The notes beneath the pieces are model-generated. The model worked only from the letters and a program-made list of their open reading frames with translations. It was not told the DNA's origin and did no database searches. The position numbers and the translations under genes are program-made. 64,000 nt of DNA from Mobula hypostoma (Eukaryota), in NCBI RefSeq assembly GCF_963921235.1, contig NC_086097.1:74526001-74590000 (forward strand), given 5' to 3'. Positions 50,927-63,986 of the stretch are shown piece by piece; position 1 is the stretch's first letter, and each line of letters begins with the position of its first letter.

Positions 50927-51512
50927 GTCCATCCAGCAAAGGTATAGGCCCTTCTTTTGACTGGCACAATAGTATTAGGTTATTCGTGTCTGGTAATGAC
51001 CAAATCAGCAGTTAGAGTCAAAGCAGTGGCGTGAGTACCCTTGCTATCCCCATAGTTTGCAATTATACTGCCTCGTGCAGGTTTATATGCACTGAAATTA
51101 CTTTGCAATAACTTGAAAATGGTATTGTATTTTGACCTCCATGTAATTCAGGAGCGCTTTTGTGGAGATGAATCTTACACTCAACATCTGCATGATAAAG
51201 TAAAAAGAATTAAGTTTAAGCTTCAAACACTTAATAAGTTCACCTGTATATTGCCTATTTGTCACATAGACTGTGATTGTAAGGACTCTCTCTTTGTATG
51301 CTTCAATGAATGAGTTGACAATTATATATAATATCATATCTGGAACTTAGCAAAATTTCAGCTTACATAAGCCTGTATGTGGCAGCCAAGGGGGATAGCA
51401 AGCGTACACATGTCACTGCTTTGGGTTTGACTCTAACTGCCAATCCAATCATTTACACTCACAAATGACCTAACACCAATGCACCAATCTACGACTTTGC
51501 TTGATGGATGAA
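50927..51512. repeat. Old long imperfect palindrome (foldback/MITE-like element)
   Basis: The arms align as reverse complements over about 250 bp, e.g. GCAGTTAGAGTCAAA / TTTGACTCTAACTGC, CTTGCTATCCCC / GGGGATAGCAAG and TCCATCCAGCAAAG / CTTTGCTTGATGGA. Confidence 0.8.
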
Positions 51513-51944
51513 AAAAGAACATCGCAAGAACAGCCTTTGGCTTTTTAATGTTCTGCTAGAACACAAGCAATGAAAGCTGAGAGGAGAATTGATTAAGTTG
51601 TTAAAGTAAAGATTATGACTGGGTTGGCTAGAATAAGTAGAAAGGAGCTGTTCCTATTGACAGATGGTTCAAGGATCAGTGTTTAATAATTTAAAATTTT
51701 GCATTGAAAGTACATTGGAGATATGATAAGTATTAGGATACAAGCTTTTAATTTTCATCTTAGCTGTAACGTGTAATGTTAATTCTGATTTTTATACTTA
51801 TAGATGCTGCCTGACCTGTTGATTATTTCCATCTTTTCTGTTTTTATTAGCTGTACATCTTTGACTTCAACGATTCAGAACAAATACAATTCTTGTTAAT
51901 GTTCCCTGCTCAGTGCCCTCTAACAATAAAAGTTGGTAGCAAGA

Positions 51945-52165
51945 CACAAGTGAGCATAGACTGCTTCCCTTCTCTCAGGACTCACCATTCAGCAAAGGCA
52001 AATATTGATGATGAAATAAATCAGTACTTTCAGTGCTGTAGCACAGCCTTTGTCCAACTAAGGAAAGGGATACTGAAGATGAACCCCTGTTCAAAACTCA
52101 GTGATCCCTGCCTTTCCTTATGCTTTTAAGACTTGGATGTCACCTGGAGGCTCTGGAAAGAAGCA
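51945..52165 (+). mobile_element. RTE-clade LINE fragment (appears to resume at ~52950-53100)
   Basis: DCFPSLRTHHSAKANIDDEINQYFQCCSTAFVQLRK resembles the RTE post-RT F.YLGS..S..A.ID.EI..RI..AS.AF..LR motif; VLSEANIPSTESL occurs after the Penelope fragment. Confidence 0.6.
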
Positions 52166-52184
52166 AACAACTTTTGCAACTGGC

Positions 52185-52940
52185 GGAAGTGCAACATCTG
52201 CCCCTACATCTCCACCCTCACCGCCATTCAGGGTTCCAAACAATCCTTCCAGGTCAGGTGATCTTTCACTTGTGAGTCTGTCAAGGTCATCTACAGTATT
52301 TGGTGCTCCCAGTGCAGTCTACTCCACATTGGTGAGACCCAACGTAGATTGGGGAACAACTTCGTTGAGCACCTTCACTCCATCCACCACAGAAAGCAGG
52401 ATTTCGCAGTGGCCACCCATTTCAAATCAACTTCCCATTCCTATTGGGGAATGTCTCTCCATGACCTCCTCAACAGCCATGATAAACCTGCACTCAGGTT
52501 GGAGAAGCAACACATCATATTCTATCTGGGTGGATTTCCCTAAAGTCCATTAAAGCCTCCTTCTCCCATTTCTCTCCATTTTGATTTTCCATTCTAGTTC
52601 TCCTCTCAACCCTTCTCTGCTCTTCACCTGTCCATCACCTCACTCTGATGCCCTCCTCCTTCTCCTCCTTCCATGGTAACATGTCTCCTCCTATCAGATT
52701 TTTTCTTCATTAGCCCTTTACCACTTCCACCTATCATTTCCCAGCTGCTTACTTCATCCCCCTTCCCACGTTCACCCACCTTCCTCCTCACCTGATTTCA
52801 CTTATCATCTGCCTTCCCCTCCCTTCACTCTCGCCCCCTTCCCATTCGCCACCCCCCACTTTCTTATTCTGGTGCAAAACACCAACAGATTATTCCCCTC
52901 CATGGTTGCTGCCTGACTTGCTGAGTTCATCCAGCATTAA
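52185..52940 (+). mobile_element. Older Penelope-like 3' fragment (GIY-YIG, pyrimidine-rich UTR, terminal repeat with hammerhead region deleted)
   Basis: Homologous to 11460-12240: CAATCCTTCCAGGT, ATTGGTGAGACC, FVEHLHSI..VATHF..LRLEKQHIIFYLG; ends GCTGCCTGACTTGCTGAGTTCATCCAGCAT. Confidence 0.85.
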
Positions 52941-53309
52941 GTATTTGTTAACCACCAATAATGACTGTTCAAAATCACTGGAAAGTTAAGGAATAAGGAA
53001 TGTCCTCTCTGAGGCCAACATTCCCTCCACTGAGTCACTAATTACATTCTGATAGTTCTATTGGGCAGATCAAATAATTTGTAGACTTGATACCATTCCA
53101 ATAGATACAACACAGGTGGTTTAAGAAATTTTTAAGAGGGAATTTGGTGTCATCACCTTAGTTATTTTGGTACAGCATCACAGGACAAAGTACCTGTTCC
53201 TGTGTTATATTGTTCTATGCTCCCAAAAAAGACACATCATCCTCAGCTTACCAGACAGACAGAGGGATCAAAGATGCATTAAAAGTCTTCTTGAAACAAA
53301 ATGCAACAC

Positions 53310-54120
53310 TCTTGCATGTTCTGCAGGGATCCATACTGGAACCTCTGCTATTTTTGATCTGTATAATGACCTGGATGAAAATGTAGGTTGGTGCGTTATT
53401 AAGTTTGCAGGTGATACAAAGATTGGTGGATAGTATTGAAGACTACTGAAGGATACAGTAGGTTCATTTGCAGATATGGGTGGAGAAATAGAAGATGAAG
53501 TTTAATCCAACCAAATGTGAGGTGTTACACTTTGGGAGATTAAATGTAAAGGGAAGATTATATGTCCATAGTTAATAGCAAGTCTATCAACAATGATGAT
53601 GTACAGAGGAATCTTGGGGTCAAAGTCCATAGTTCTCTGAAAGTGGTTGCACAGTTGATAGGGTGGTATAGAAGGTGTATAGCATACTTATCTTTATTAG
53701 CTGAGGCGCTGACTTCAAGAAGTTACATTGCAACTTGAGAAGACTCCTGTTAGGCCACGTCTGAAAAGTTGACAGCCAGTATCTTCTTCCCAAGATTGAG
53801 AAAACAAATAATAGAAGGCATACATTTGAGGTGTGGGAGGGGGTGTAAGTGTAAAGGGGATGCGTGAGGCAAGTGTTTTGTTTACACAGAGTGTTTGATG
53901 CTTGAAATGCATTGTCGCGGGTGATAATAGAGGCAAATACAATAGAGACATTGAAGAGGTTCTTTGCTAGGCACATGAATATGAAGAGAATGGAGGGATA
54001 TGGACATTACATAGGCAGAAGGGATTAGTTTAGTTAGGCATTTAATTACGAGTTTAATTAGTTTGGTACAATATCATGGACTGAAGGGCTTTTTCCTGGG
54101 ATCCACTGTTCTGCTCCATT
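53310..54120 (+). mobile_element. Decayed CR1 RT/3' fragment
   Basis: YNDLDENVG..IKFAGDTKIGG, KCEVLHFG and a CR1-like 3' UTR. Confidence 0.85.
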
Positions 54121-54814
54121 CTTACTGAATCTTTGGAATCCCTGGCTCATAACTACTCAGAGGATCATTCAAAGTGGTACTTTGAACCTCTTTGGAAGCA
54201 TGCAGAATTCTGAAATGGCAGAAACAACTCACCGTCTCAAACTACTTACCTGTTAGTCCCATTAGGCACTGCCTGTTTCATCTGTGCAAGAGTCTGAAAT
54301 TCCTGTACTAGTCTCTTGAGTAATCACTGATCCCACAAAACTGAAGTGAAAGCAAGTTATTTTCAATCCTGAGGGAATCCTTCATAAAAAAAAAGAAAAG
54401 CAAGCTATTATCCTGCATATGATGCTCATAATCTGCTGTACATAAGATTATTTTCTATTTTCTGATTTAAGTACTAGAGATGACTTCATACCAACTAATG
54501 AGCACTACAGTCAAACTCCATTCCTCTCAAGTACAGCTAACTCCAAAACAATTAATGTTAATGGTACATCTGCAGAGCTGCTTTTGTTTTCTGCCATAAA
54601 AATGTCAAGAGATATTATTTGCACTGAGGTTTAATTTCTGAAGACCTTGCTAATATCTTGCTGAGAAGTTGACCAACAAAGATCCTCCCCCAGTTCAGTT
54701 CAATTGTGATCACAGTTTTCCTGCTTTTACACAATTTATTTTCATTGTAGGCTATTTATAGTCAGCTTCAATCAACCTGATTTATGCCATTCATATGATT
54801 CTGAGTTGTAATGT

Positions 54815-55066
54815 TCTACTTCTGCAGTGTAGATTCTCTCAAATTCTCTCTGCCACAGGAAACAGTTGAGGCCAGTTCATTGGCTATATTTAAGAGGGAG
54901 TTAGATATGGCCCTTGTGGCTAAAGGGATCAGGGGGTATGGAGGGAAGGCTGGTGCAGGGTTCTGAGTTGGATGATCAGCCATGATCATACTGAATGGCG
55001 GTGCAGGCTCGAAGGGCCGAATGGCCTACTCCTGCACCTATTTTCTATGTTTCTATGTTTCTATGT
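54815..55066 (+). mobile_element. Young CR1 3' tail
   Basis: GAAGGGCCGAATGGCCTACTCCTGCACCTAT followed by (TTTCTATG)3. Confidence 0.85.
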
Positions 55067-56499
55067 AAATTATCTTTCTCTCTTTCCAAGATCTGCAGTC
55101 CTGTCATCCAGAGTCTGATGCAAATACACCACAAACATCCATCCTTCTCTCCTCAGCAACTCCTCTGTTACACAGTTTTGAATGCCTTAGCATTACAAAG
55201 GCTTTCTGCTGAGAATCTCCCTCATCAGCATTAAACCAGACATTAAGGAAGCAGAGGCAGGAGGCACACTAAGTGGCACAGCATGGCCAAAGACACACAA
55301 AGACGTCTATAGGCCTGATGTTTCCTGGAAGCTGCTGTGTTATCTCTGTAGCACAGCAGTCTCTACTCAGGGAACCTATATCAGAAAAGTTTTGTTTACT
55401 AAATGTGAAAATTATCTGCTCTGGCTATCTGGAGAAGACAAATATCAGCATTGTATTGTACATGCATATATTGACAATAAAATGAACCTTTGAACCTTTA
55501 CCCAGGGATTGATTTTTCATGTCATCTCAGGGAAGCTACCATTGGATCTTTGGCCTTTGCCACCCCACGACCTATCATTCAGTTAAGAGGGATCAGTAAG
55601 AATCCATCTACTTTCTGGTCCTACTCTGAAGTTATGTACTCTTCAGAGTAGAAACAGAATTGAGGAGAAAAGAAATTTATTTGAAGTGTAAAGATTGAAA
55701 TAATGAATGCCAATTGTTTTATGGGGCTTCTACTTGGTTGCCACTTTCTGAGAGGATATTTTGAAAAACCTAATAATCTGAGCATTGAAAGTTCCTGGAA
55801 GTTGTGATGAAAAGTCGTGAATTGGACTCCCTTTTCCATCAACGCTGCTTAACCGCCGATTATTTCCATCATTATCTGTGCTTTCTTAAAACGTTATATT
55901 AGAGAATCAAGGAAATCAAAAATATATTTGTTGTTAAGTGCTGAACTGAATCAGTCAAAAAAACACTTGTTCATCCTCATTTTGGGATTTCTTCCTTTGA
56001 GTTTATTGGAGCTTTAAAAAAATAATTCCATTAAACCAGCATAAAATAGAATGCAAATCACCAGCAAATTTTCAGAAAATAGGCACTAAATGCAGAAAAA
56101 AAAATAAAATCAGCATCACTGAATTTTTTTTTGGAAGAGAATCTTGAATGTGTTCCGACATGCCCTACTCTGGTCATGGCATATTTTTTGACATTGGTGC
56201 CCACTCTTCCAACACAACCATATGGTTGAGGCCTCCTGAAACACAGGGCTGAATTTGAGGATAGCTTTTCTTTTAATGTTCCCATTGCCACTCAGTATCT
56301 TTTCAACTTGTCAAGGACTGTCACCTGTCTTTCTCATTAAAATATAGTGTTTGGGCAATATCCTCCCACAATTCCCTTCTTTATTGCTTGTACATTGCAA
56401 CAGAGATGCAACATAAAGATTTTTACTTCCCTAGATGCAATAAGGAAATAAATACAAATTTACATTTTTCCCATTTTGTTCTACATTTTTCTCATTACA

Positions 56500-59400
56500 A
56501 AGACCATAAGATATAGGAGTAGATGAAGGCCATTTGGCCTATAGAGTCTGCTCCACCATCTCATCATGGCTGATCTAATTTTCCTCCCAGCCCCAATCTC
56601 CTGCCTTCGTCCTGTCTCCCTTCATATGGGGATGAAGAATCTCCATATGAAGAATCTATCAACCTCTGCCTTAATATACTGAAGACTTGGCTTCCACCAT
56701 TGCCTATAGCAAAGAATTCCACAGATTTGCCACTCTCTGTCTAAAGAAATTTCCCTGTTCTAATCTATTTTGATGCTGTGTCACCTGGTCTTAGACTCTC
56801 CCAACATAGGAAACATGCTCTCCACATCCACTCTATCAAGCCCTTTCACCATTCAATAGGTTTCAATTAGGTCAGCAGTCCCCAACCACCGGGCCGCGGA
56901 CCGGTGCCGGGCCGCAAAGCATGCGCTACCGGGCCACGAGGAGACGATATGATTTGGCGATATGAGTCAGCTGCACCTTTCCTCATTCCCTGTCACGCCC
57001 ACTGTTGAGCTTGAACGCACGCGAGGTCATTACCCACGCATCATCCACTTCAGCGCGGGAAGGAGATCAACTCTTCGAGCTTGCAAATGACGGCGGGCTG
57101 AAAAGTATGTTTGACATAACATCTCTGCCGGCATTCTGGATCAAAGTCAAGGCTAAATATCCTGAGATAGCTACGAAAGCACTAAAAACGTTGCTTCCAT
57201 TTCCAACATATCTCTGCCATAAATGCAACGAAAACTAAATTGCGGAATAGACTGGACATAAGGAACCTCCTTCGAGTATCACTGTCTCCCATCACCCCTC
57301 GATAGGACCGTCTTGTTGCAGAGAAACAAGCCCAGGGCTCCCACTGATTCAGCGATACTGGTGTGTTGCAGTGATTTTATATGTTCATACGGGGAAAATA
57401 CGTGCTGTGTGTTTAATATCCAAACGTTACTTAAAATGTTATGATGCTATTGACCATATCACCATATAACAATTACAGCACGGAAACAGGCGATCTCTGC
57501 CCTTCTAGTCCGTGACAAATGCTACTCTCACCTAATCCCACCGATCTACACTCAACCCATAACCCTCCATTCCTTTCCTGTCCATATACCTATCCAATTT
57601 TTCTTTAAATGATAATATCGAACCTGCCTCTACCACTTCTACTGGAAGTTCTTTCAACACTTACTTCAAGCTCCCCTGTCCTCCCCTGATAATTGACTTA
57701 TCGCTATATTCATGCGAGGAAAATATGCACTGTGTGTTTAATATTAAATTCGTTAGATAAACCCTTTTAGAAACGAAAGTGAGTGTATTAGCCACTTATC
57801 ACCTATATTCCCCTCATGATTAACACCCCCGCCCCCCGAACAGAATTGGCAAAAGCGATTTGTAGAAGAAAATCGACATGTACACGAATGCACAAGTCAC
57901 GCTTGTGCACTTGTGCCCGCGCAGGGCTTCATGGTCATTGTAGTCTTTCTCTGGGTAAACCCAACGTATTTAACTGCTACTCTTGTCCGGTGGCAACCCT
58001 ACTCCATCCCCCCCCCCCCCAACTGCCGGTCGGCCAGTCCGCAAGAATATTGTCAATATGAAACTGGTCCGCAGTGCAAGAAAGGTTGGGGACCCCTGAA
58101 TTAGGTCACCCCTCATTCTTCTGAATTCTAGGGAATACACACGGAGAGACATCAAACTCTCTTCAAGTGACAAGCCATTGAATCCTGGAATAATTTTCAA
58201 GAACCTGCTTTGAAACCTTTCCAGTTTCAGCAGATCCTTTCTAAGATAAGGGGCCCAAAACTGCTCACAATACTCCAAGTGAAGCCTCACCAGTGCTTTA
58301 TAAATTCTCCACATTACATTCTTGCTTTTATATTCTAGCCCTCTGAAATACATGCTAGCATTGCATTTGCCTTCCTCATCATGACTCAACCTACAAATTA
58401 ACCTTTACGGAATCTTGCACAAGGACTCCTAAGTCCCTTTTCACCTCAAAGTTTTTTGTACTTTTCTCTCCATTTAGAAAATAGTCAACCCTTTCATTTC
58501 TTCTACCAAAGTGTACAATCATCCAGTTCCCGACTGTATTCCATTTGCCACTTATTTGCCCACTCTCCTAATCTGTTTACGTCCTTTTTTAGCCTTTCTA
58601 CTTCTTCAAACTACCTGCCCACCCCAACCTATCTTCATATCATCTGCAAACTAGACAACACAGCCATCAATTCCATCATCCAAATCATTAACATATAACG
58701 TAAAAAGAACCAGTCCCAACACAGACCCCTGTGAAACACCACTAGTCACCGATAGCCATCCAGAAAAGGCTCCCTTTATTCTCACTTTTTGCTTCCTGCC
58801 AATCAGCCACTGTTTTATTCATGCTAGAGTCTTTCCTGTAATACCATGGGCTCGTAGCTTGTTAAGCAGCCTCATGTGTGGCATCTTGTCAAAGGCCTTC
58901 TACACAACATCAACTGATTTTCCTTTGTCTATCCTGTTTGATATTTCTTCAAATAATTCCAACAGATTTGTCAGGCAAGAATTTCCCTTGAGGAAACCAT
59001 GCTGATTATGGCCTATTTTATCATGTTGCTCCAAGTACTCCAAGACCTTATCTTTAATAATCAACTCCAACATCTTCTAACCATTCAGGTCAGACTAACT
59101 GGCCCCTGACACCTGGAATTTCCTCCATACTGCTAATGTCTTCACAGTGAAGTGTGATGCAAAGTACTTATTCAGTTCATACGACGTTTCCTTGAAACCC
59201 ACATTATCATTTTCTAGCCGTCTGATATTTACTCTCGCCTCTCTTTTTCACTTTATGTATTTGAAGTAACTTTTGGTATCCTCTTTAATATTACTGGCTA
59301 GCTTACTTTTGTATTCCATCTTTACCTTCTTAATAACTTTTTAGTTGCCTTCTTTTGGTTTTTAAAGGTTTCCTAATCCTCTAACTTCCAACTAATTTTT

Positions 59401-61283
59401 GCTCTGTTATGTACCCTCTTTTTGGCTTTTATATTGGCTTTGACTTCTCTTGTTAGCCACTGTTCTGTCATCTTGCCTTTAGAATACTTCTTCCCCTTTG
59501 GAATGTATATATCCTGTGCCTTCTGAATCACTTCCAGAAATTCCAGCCAGTGTTGCTCTGGCATTATCCCTGCCAGTGCTCTTTTCCAATCAATTCCAAC
59601 CAACTCCTCTCTTATGCCTCTGTAATTCCCTTTACTCCACTGATACATCTGATTTTAACTTCTCCTCAAATTTTGGGGTGAATTTGATCATATTATGGTC
59701 ACTTTCCCCTTAGGGTTCTTTTACCTTAAGCTCTCTAATCAATTCCGGTTCTTTGCACTACACCTGAATAGCTGACCCCCAAGTGAGCTCAACCACGAGA
59801 TGCTCTAAAAAGCCATCTTGTAGGCATTCTAGAAATTCTCACTTTTGAAATCCTGCACCAACCTGATTATTCCAATCTACCTGCATATTGAAATCCCCTG
59901 TGACTATTGTAACATTACCCTTTTGGCATGCATTTACTATTTCCCATTGTAACTTGTTTGGGGATCGTATATAACCTCATCACGGTCTTTTTACCCTTGC
60001 AGCTCCTTAGCTCTATCCACAATGATTCAATACTTTCCAAACTCTTTCTAATGATTTAATTTCATTTTTTAACCGACAGAACCGTGCCACCCCCTCTGCT
60101 TTCCTACCTATTTTTTTTTCGATACAATGTGTATCCTTAGACATTAAGCTCTCAGCCAAAATTGTCTTTCAGCCATGATTCAGTAACATCATACTTGCCA
60201 ATCTCTAACTCTGCTACAAGTTCATCAACCTTATTTCATATACTGTGCACATTTAAATATAACACCTTTAGTCCTGTATTCACCCTTTTCGATCTTGTCC
60301 ACAATAATGTTGCAACTCTTCCTGTTGACTGCAATTTTGCCCATTAATCAGCCTCTCCTTGCTAGGAGTCTCACTACACATTGCCTTTGTTTGTAAACCA
60401 GCTCCCTCATCTTCAGCACTATCATCCACCATTTCTACAATACTTCTTGCATTGAAATATACAAACGTTGTAGCTCAGAACACTAGTCGCCCATGCTCAA
60501 CCTTTTGATTCCTAATTTTGTCTGACATCTTACCAACATTTGCCTTCACAACGTCTCCAGTAACTGTTCTGGCACCCTGGTTCTCATCTCTCTGTAGCTC
60601 TAGTTTAAACCCCATCATGCAGCATTAACAGGTTTTCCTGCTAGGATATTAGACCCTCCAGTTTAGGTGCAAATCAACTCTTCTGTACAGGTCCCACCAT
60701 CCTTGGAGAGAGACTTATGATCCAAAAATCTTATGCCCTCCCTCCTACACCAATACTTAGCCATGTATTAAACTGCAGAATTCTCTTAGTTCTAGCCTCA
60801 CCAGCATGTGGCATGGGTAGCAATCCTAAGATCATAACCCTGGAGGTCCTGTCCTGTAACTTAGCACATAACTCTCTGAGAACCCTATGCAGAACCTCAT
60901 CATTCATCCTACCACAACCTCTGGCTGTTCACCCTCCCACTTTTAAGAATGCTGAGGACTAGATCCGAGATGTCCCGGGCCCTGGCAGCCGGGAGGCAAC
61001 ATATCATCCAGAAATATAATTCTCACTCACAGAACCTCCTGTCCGTTCTTCTAACTAACAAATCCCCTATTAACTAATGTGCCTTATCTCCTCCCGCCTC
61101 CCCCCTCCCCTTTCCTTCAGAGTCACAGAGCCAGACTCAGTGCCAGAGATCCAATCACTGTGACTTTCTTCTGTTAGGTCAATCCCCACACCCCAACAGT
61201 ATCCAAAGTGATGTATCTGTTGCTGAGGGGGGATGGCCACAGACATATTCTGTACTGGCTCCTTAACCCCTTTCCCCTTCCTG
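56500..61283 (-). mobile_element. Near full-length, internally deleted decayed CR1 (ORF1 esterase ~60600-61280, ORF2, 3' tail) interrupted by a hAT element
   Basis: ORFs 57970..58389 and 59373..59648 match the CR1 ORF2 at 18863-21134; 60600-61280 is similar to the ORF1 at 324-1030; tail ACCATAAGATATAGG. Confidence 0.9.
56873..58098 (+). mobile_element. hAT (Charlie-like) non-autonomous DNA transposon
   Basis: Perfect 8-bp TSD AATTAGGT (56865-72 and 58099-106). TIRs CAGCAGTCCCCAACC / GGTTGGGGACCCCTG. Remnant FWIKVKAKYPEIATKALKTLLPFPTYLC (hAT dimerisation domain). Confidence 0.93.
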
Positions 61284-61285
61284 AT

Positions 61286-61892
61286 ATTTTAGATTATGAA
61301 GACACGCAGTCCTCGTTTATTGTCATTTAGTAATGCATGCATTAAGAAATGATACAATATTTCCTCCGGTGTGATATCACAAAACACAGGACAGACCAAG
61401 ACTGAAAAAAACTAACAAAACCACATAATTATAACATATAGTTACAACAGTGCAACAATACCATAACTTGTCCATGAACACAGTAAAAGTTTAAGGTCTC
61501 TCAAATATCCCACATCTCACGCAGACGGGAGAAGGAAGGAAAACTCTCCCTGCCATGCCGACCACGGTCCGACTCTGAGTCATCCACAAACTTCGAGCTC
61601 TGATCAGCTCTCCAACACTGAGTACTGAGCGCCATCGCTATCCGAACGATTCGACCTCCATCTCGGTCGCCAACAGCAGTCAAAGCCGGGGATTTTGAGG
61701 CCTTCCCTCCGAAAGATTCCCGACCACGCAGTAACGACAGCAGTGAACAAGCGTTTCAGAAATTTTTCCAGATGTTCTTCTGTGCTTTCACATCCATCTC
61801 CATCAAATCAGAATTGTCCATGGCCCCTATTTAACGGATACGATATCATTTTTCACCGGAGGGCTGTGCACGCTGCATCTCTCTCCTCCCGC
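61286..61892 (-). mobile_element. CpG-rich non-autonomous retroelement or LINE 3' end abutting the CR1 ORF1
   Basis: The minus strand ends AATGACAATAAACGAGGACTGCGTGTCTTCATAATCTAAA, similar to Rex-type tails; retained CpGs suggest a young insertion. Confidence 0.5.
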
Positions 61893-62037
61893 TGAGGAGA
61901 GAAAATGCAGGGACCAACTTTGTCAAGTTTTTACATCAATAGAACCAAAATTCACTCGCGTTTTGTGTTATAATCTCATTGTTGACAAAACTAATACCTT
62001 ATGCTGATAGTTATTCGAGAGAATATGCTCCCTTTCT

Positions 62038-63986
62038 TGTCAGGCCACCCGATCTCCACCTAGCTAACAGGAGTCACAAGCCATTCGTTTCCAATTCATC
62101 ATGTGCAGCCTATTTAAATCCAAATCTCAATCACAATCCTTTGTTCATCCATTGAACCAGCTAGCCTAAACCAGTTGCTCCTAGCCTTCAGTTATCATGT
62201 TGGCTTGTTGTGTCAAGTAGCTGTTCTCTCTTGTTTTGTGGCCCCCTCGTGGCTTATTGTTTTGCATTATATTAGTAAACATTGCTTATTGCAACACTGT
62301 CTCCACTACTTTGCTTTTGGGTCAAGTTTCCTCTACATTTCCTGGCAGGATAGCTGAACCCACAATTGATCCGACAGAGTACATTCACCTAAAGGAAGTC
62401 ATCCGTCATCCGGAGCACACGATCCCGAGGCAGCAGGAAACGAATAACCATCTGCTCAGCACTCAACCAACTCTCTGCACCAGTCAACCTTCTCCATCTC
62501 AGCCTTGGATTCCGGTGCCTGAATGCTTTGGTGGATCCCTAACACGACACCACAACCCTCTGTCCCTGCACTTCTTACACTTCAAGTTCCAGCCATCTCT
62601 GTATTCTATGAACGGAGCCATGACTGTCATTGACATCTCTCCTGACTGGGCGAGCTCTGACCTGAGCAGCCATGAACTGGGGGAATAAAACCATCGTTTC
62701 AAGAAAATATGAGGAATACCCCACTGAGATACGTCAGGTCTTTGCCCATCAGGAAGCGGAACAAATGTGATCACCCACCTCATCTTCTCCAAGGACCTCC
62801 TAAGACCATGTCTATCTCATCCGTTCAGTCCTTCAGCTTCTCCTCGAAAACTAACTTTACTGCAAGTTAGAGAAATGCCAGTTCCACATCCCATTCATTA
62901 CCCTCCCGGGCTACATCCTTTCACCCCAAGGCATAACCTGAGATCCAGAGAAAGTGTGCACTGTTGTTGAATGGCCCAACTGCACTCCCTCAATAGCTAC
63001 AGTGCTTCTTGGGCTTCTTCAGCTTCTTCTGTCAGTTCATCAGGAACTATAGCTAAATTACCACTCCTCTCACCTCCCTCACCAAATCACCTACTTCATG
63101 GATAACCTGGTCTGCTATCATGCAGCAAACTTTTGAGAAGTCCTGGTTCACTGATGCTGGAATGCTTGGAATAGGGTACAGAGGGCCATTCTAGCTGATA
63201 ACCATGCCTACTGCTGCCAGGCTAACCTCAGTTGGCATCCAGCAGAAGACTCCAGCCTGGGGACCGTATCTGGCTGTCCACCTAAGATCTGCCCCTGCGC
63301 GTCAACTCCCACAAGCTCTTGCCCTGGTTCATCCGTTCCTTTAAAATTACCCATCACATCATCCCAGTCACTTACGGTCTCCAGCTGCCACCATCCCTCA
63401 GGATGGCACCTACCTTCCAGATGTCCTGCCTCAAACCTGTTGTCCTTGGACCACTCAACCCGCCTGAGCCTGCACCTCCAGAACCAAAGATGTGGAAGGT
63501 ATGGCTCACTGGTTGATGGATTCATGTGATCGTGCATAGGGTGTGCAGTATCTGGTTGACTGGGATGTGTACTGACATACTGTCCAGTTTCATCTTGGAT
63601 CAATCGTTCATCAAGGAGTTTTACTAGGCTCATTTGGATCATCCTATCACCCAGGGCCATCGGGTGCTGGCCGTTGTGTGGGGTGGGGGGGGGTTGGTCA
63701 TGCCAGGTAGGTACCACCCAGTCTCCACCAAGCTAATGGGACTCACTCATTTCCAACCTATCACCTGCACTCTATTTAAACCCAGCTCTCATTCACGATC
63801 CTTTGTTCACCAACCTCAACCAGTTACTCCTAGCCTTCAGTTACCTTGTCATATTAAGTAATTGTTCTCTTTTTGTTTTGTGGCCTCTTGTGGCTTGTTA
63901 TTTTGCAATTTATTAGTAAAATATCATTTACTGCAAAATCTTCTTCGCTGCTTAGCTTTTGGGTCAATCTTCTACATTTTGTGACA
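62038..63986 (+). mobile_element. Heavily deleted Gypsy/Ty3 chromovirus-like LTR retrotransposon with two diverged LTRs (~62038-62347, ~63695-63986)
   Basis: LTRs share CTATTTAAA, CCTTTGTTCA, CTCCTAGCCTTCAGTTA, ATTAGTAAA and GCTTTTGGGTCAA. A G-rich PPT lies at ~63680-63693. Internal remnants: gag (IPVPECFGG), RT/RNaseH (LQCFLGF..FIRNYS), integrase tail (PWFIRSFKI..PVTYGLQLP..PTFQMSCLKP) and chromodomain (GVQYLVDW). Confidence 0.85.
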
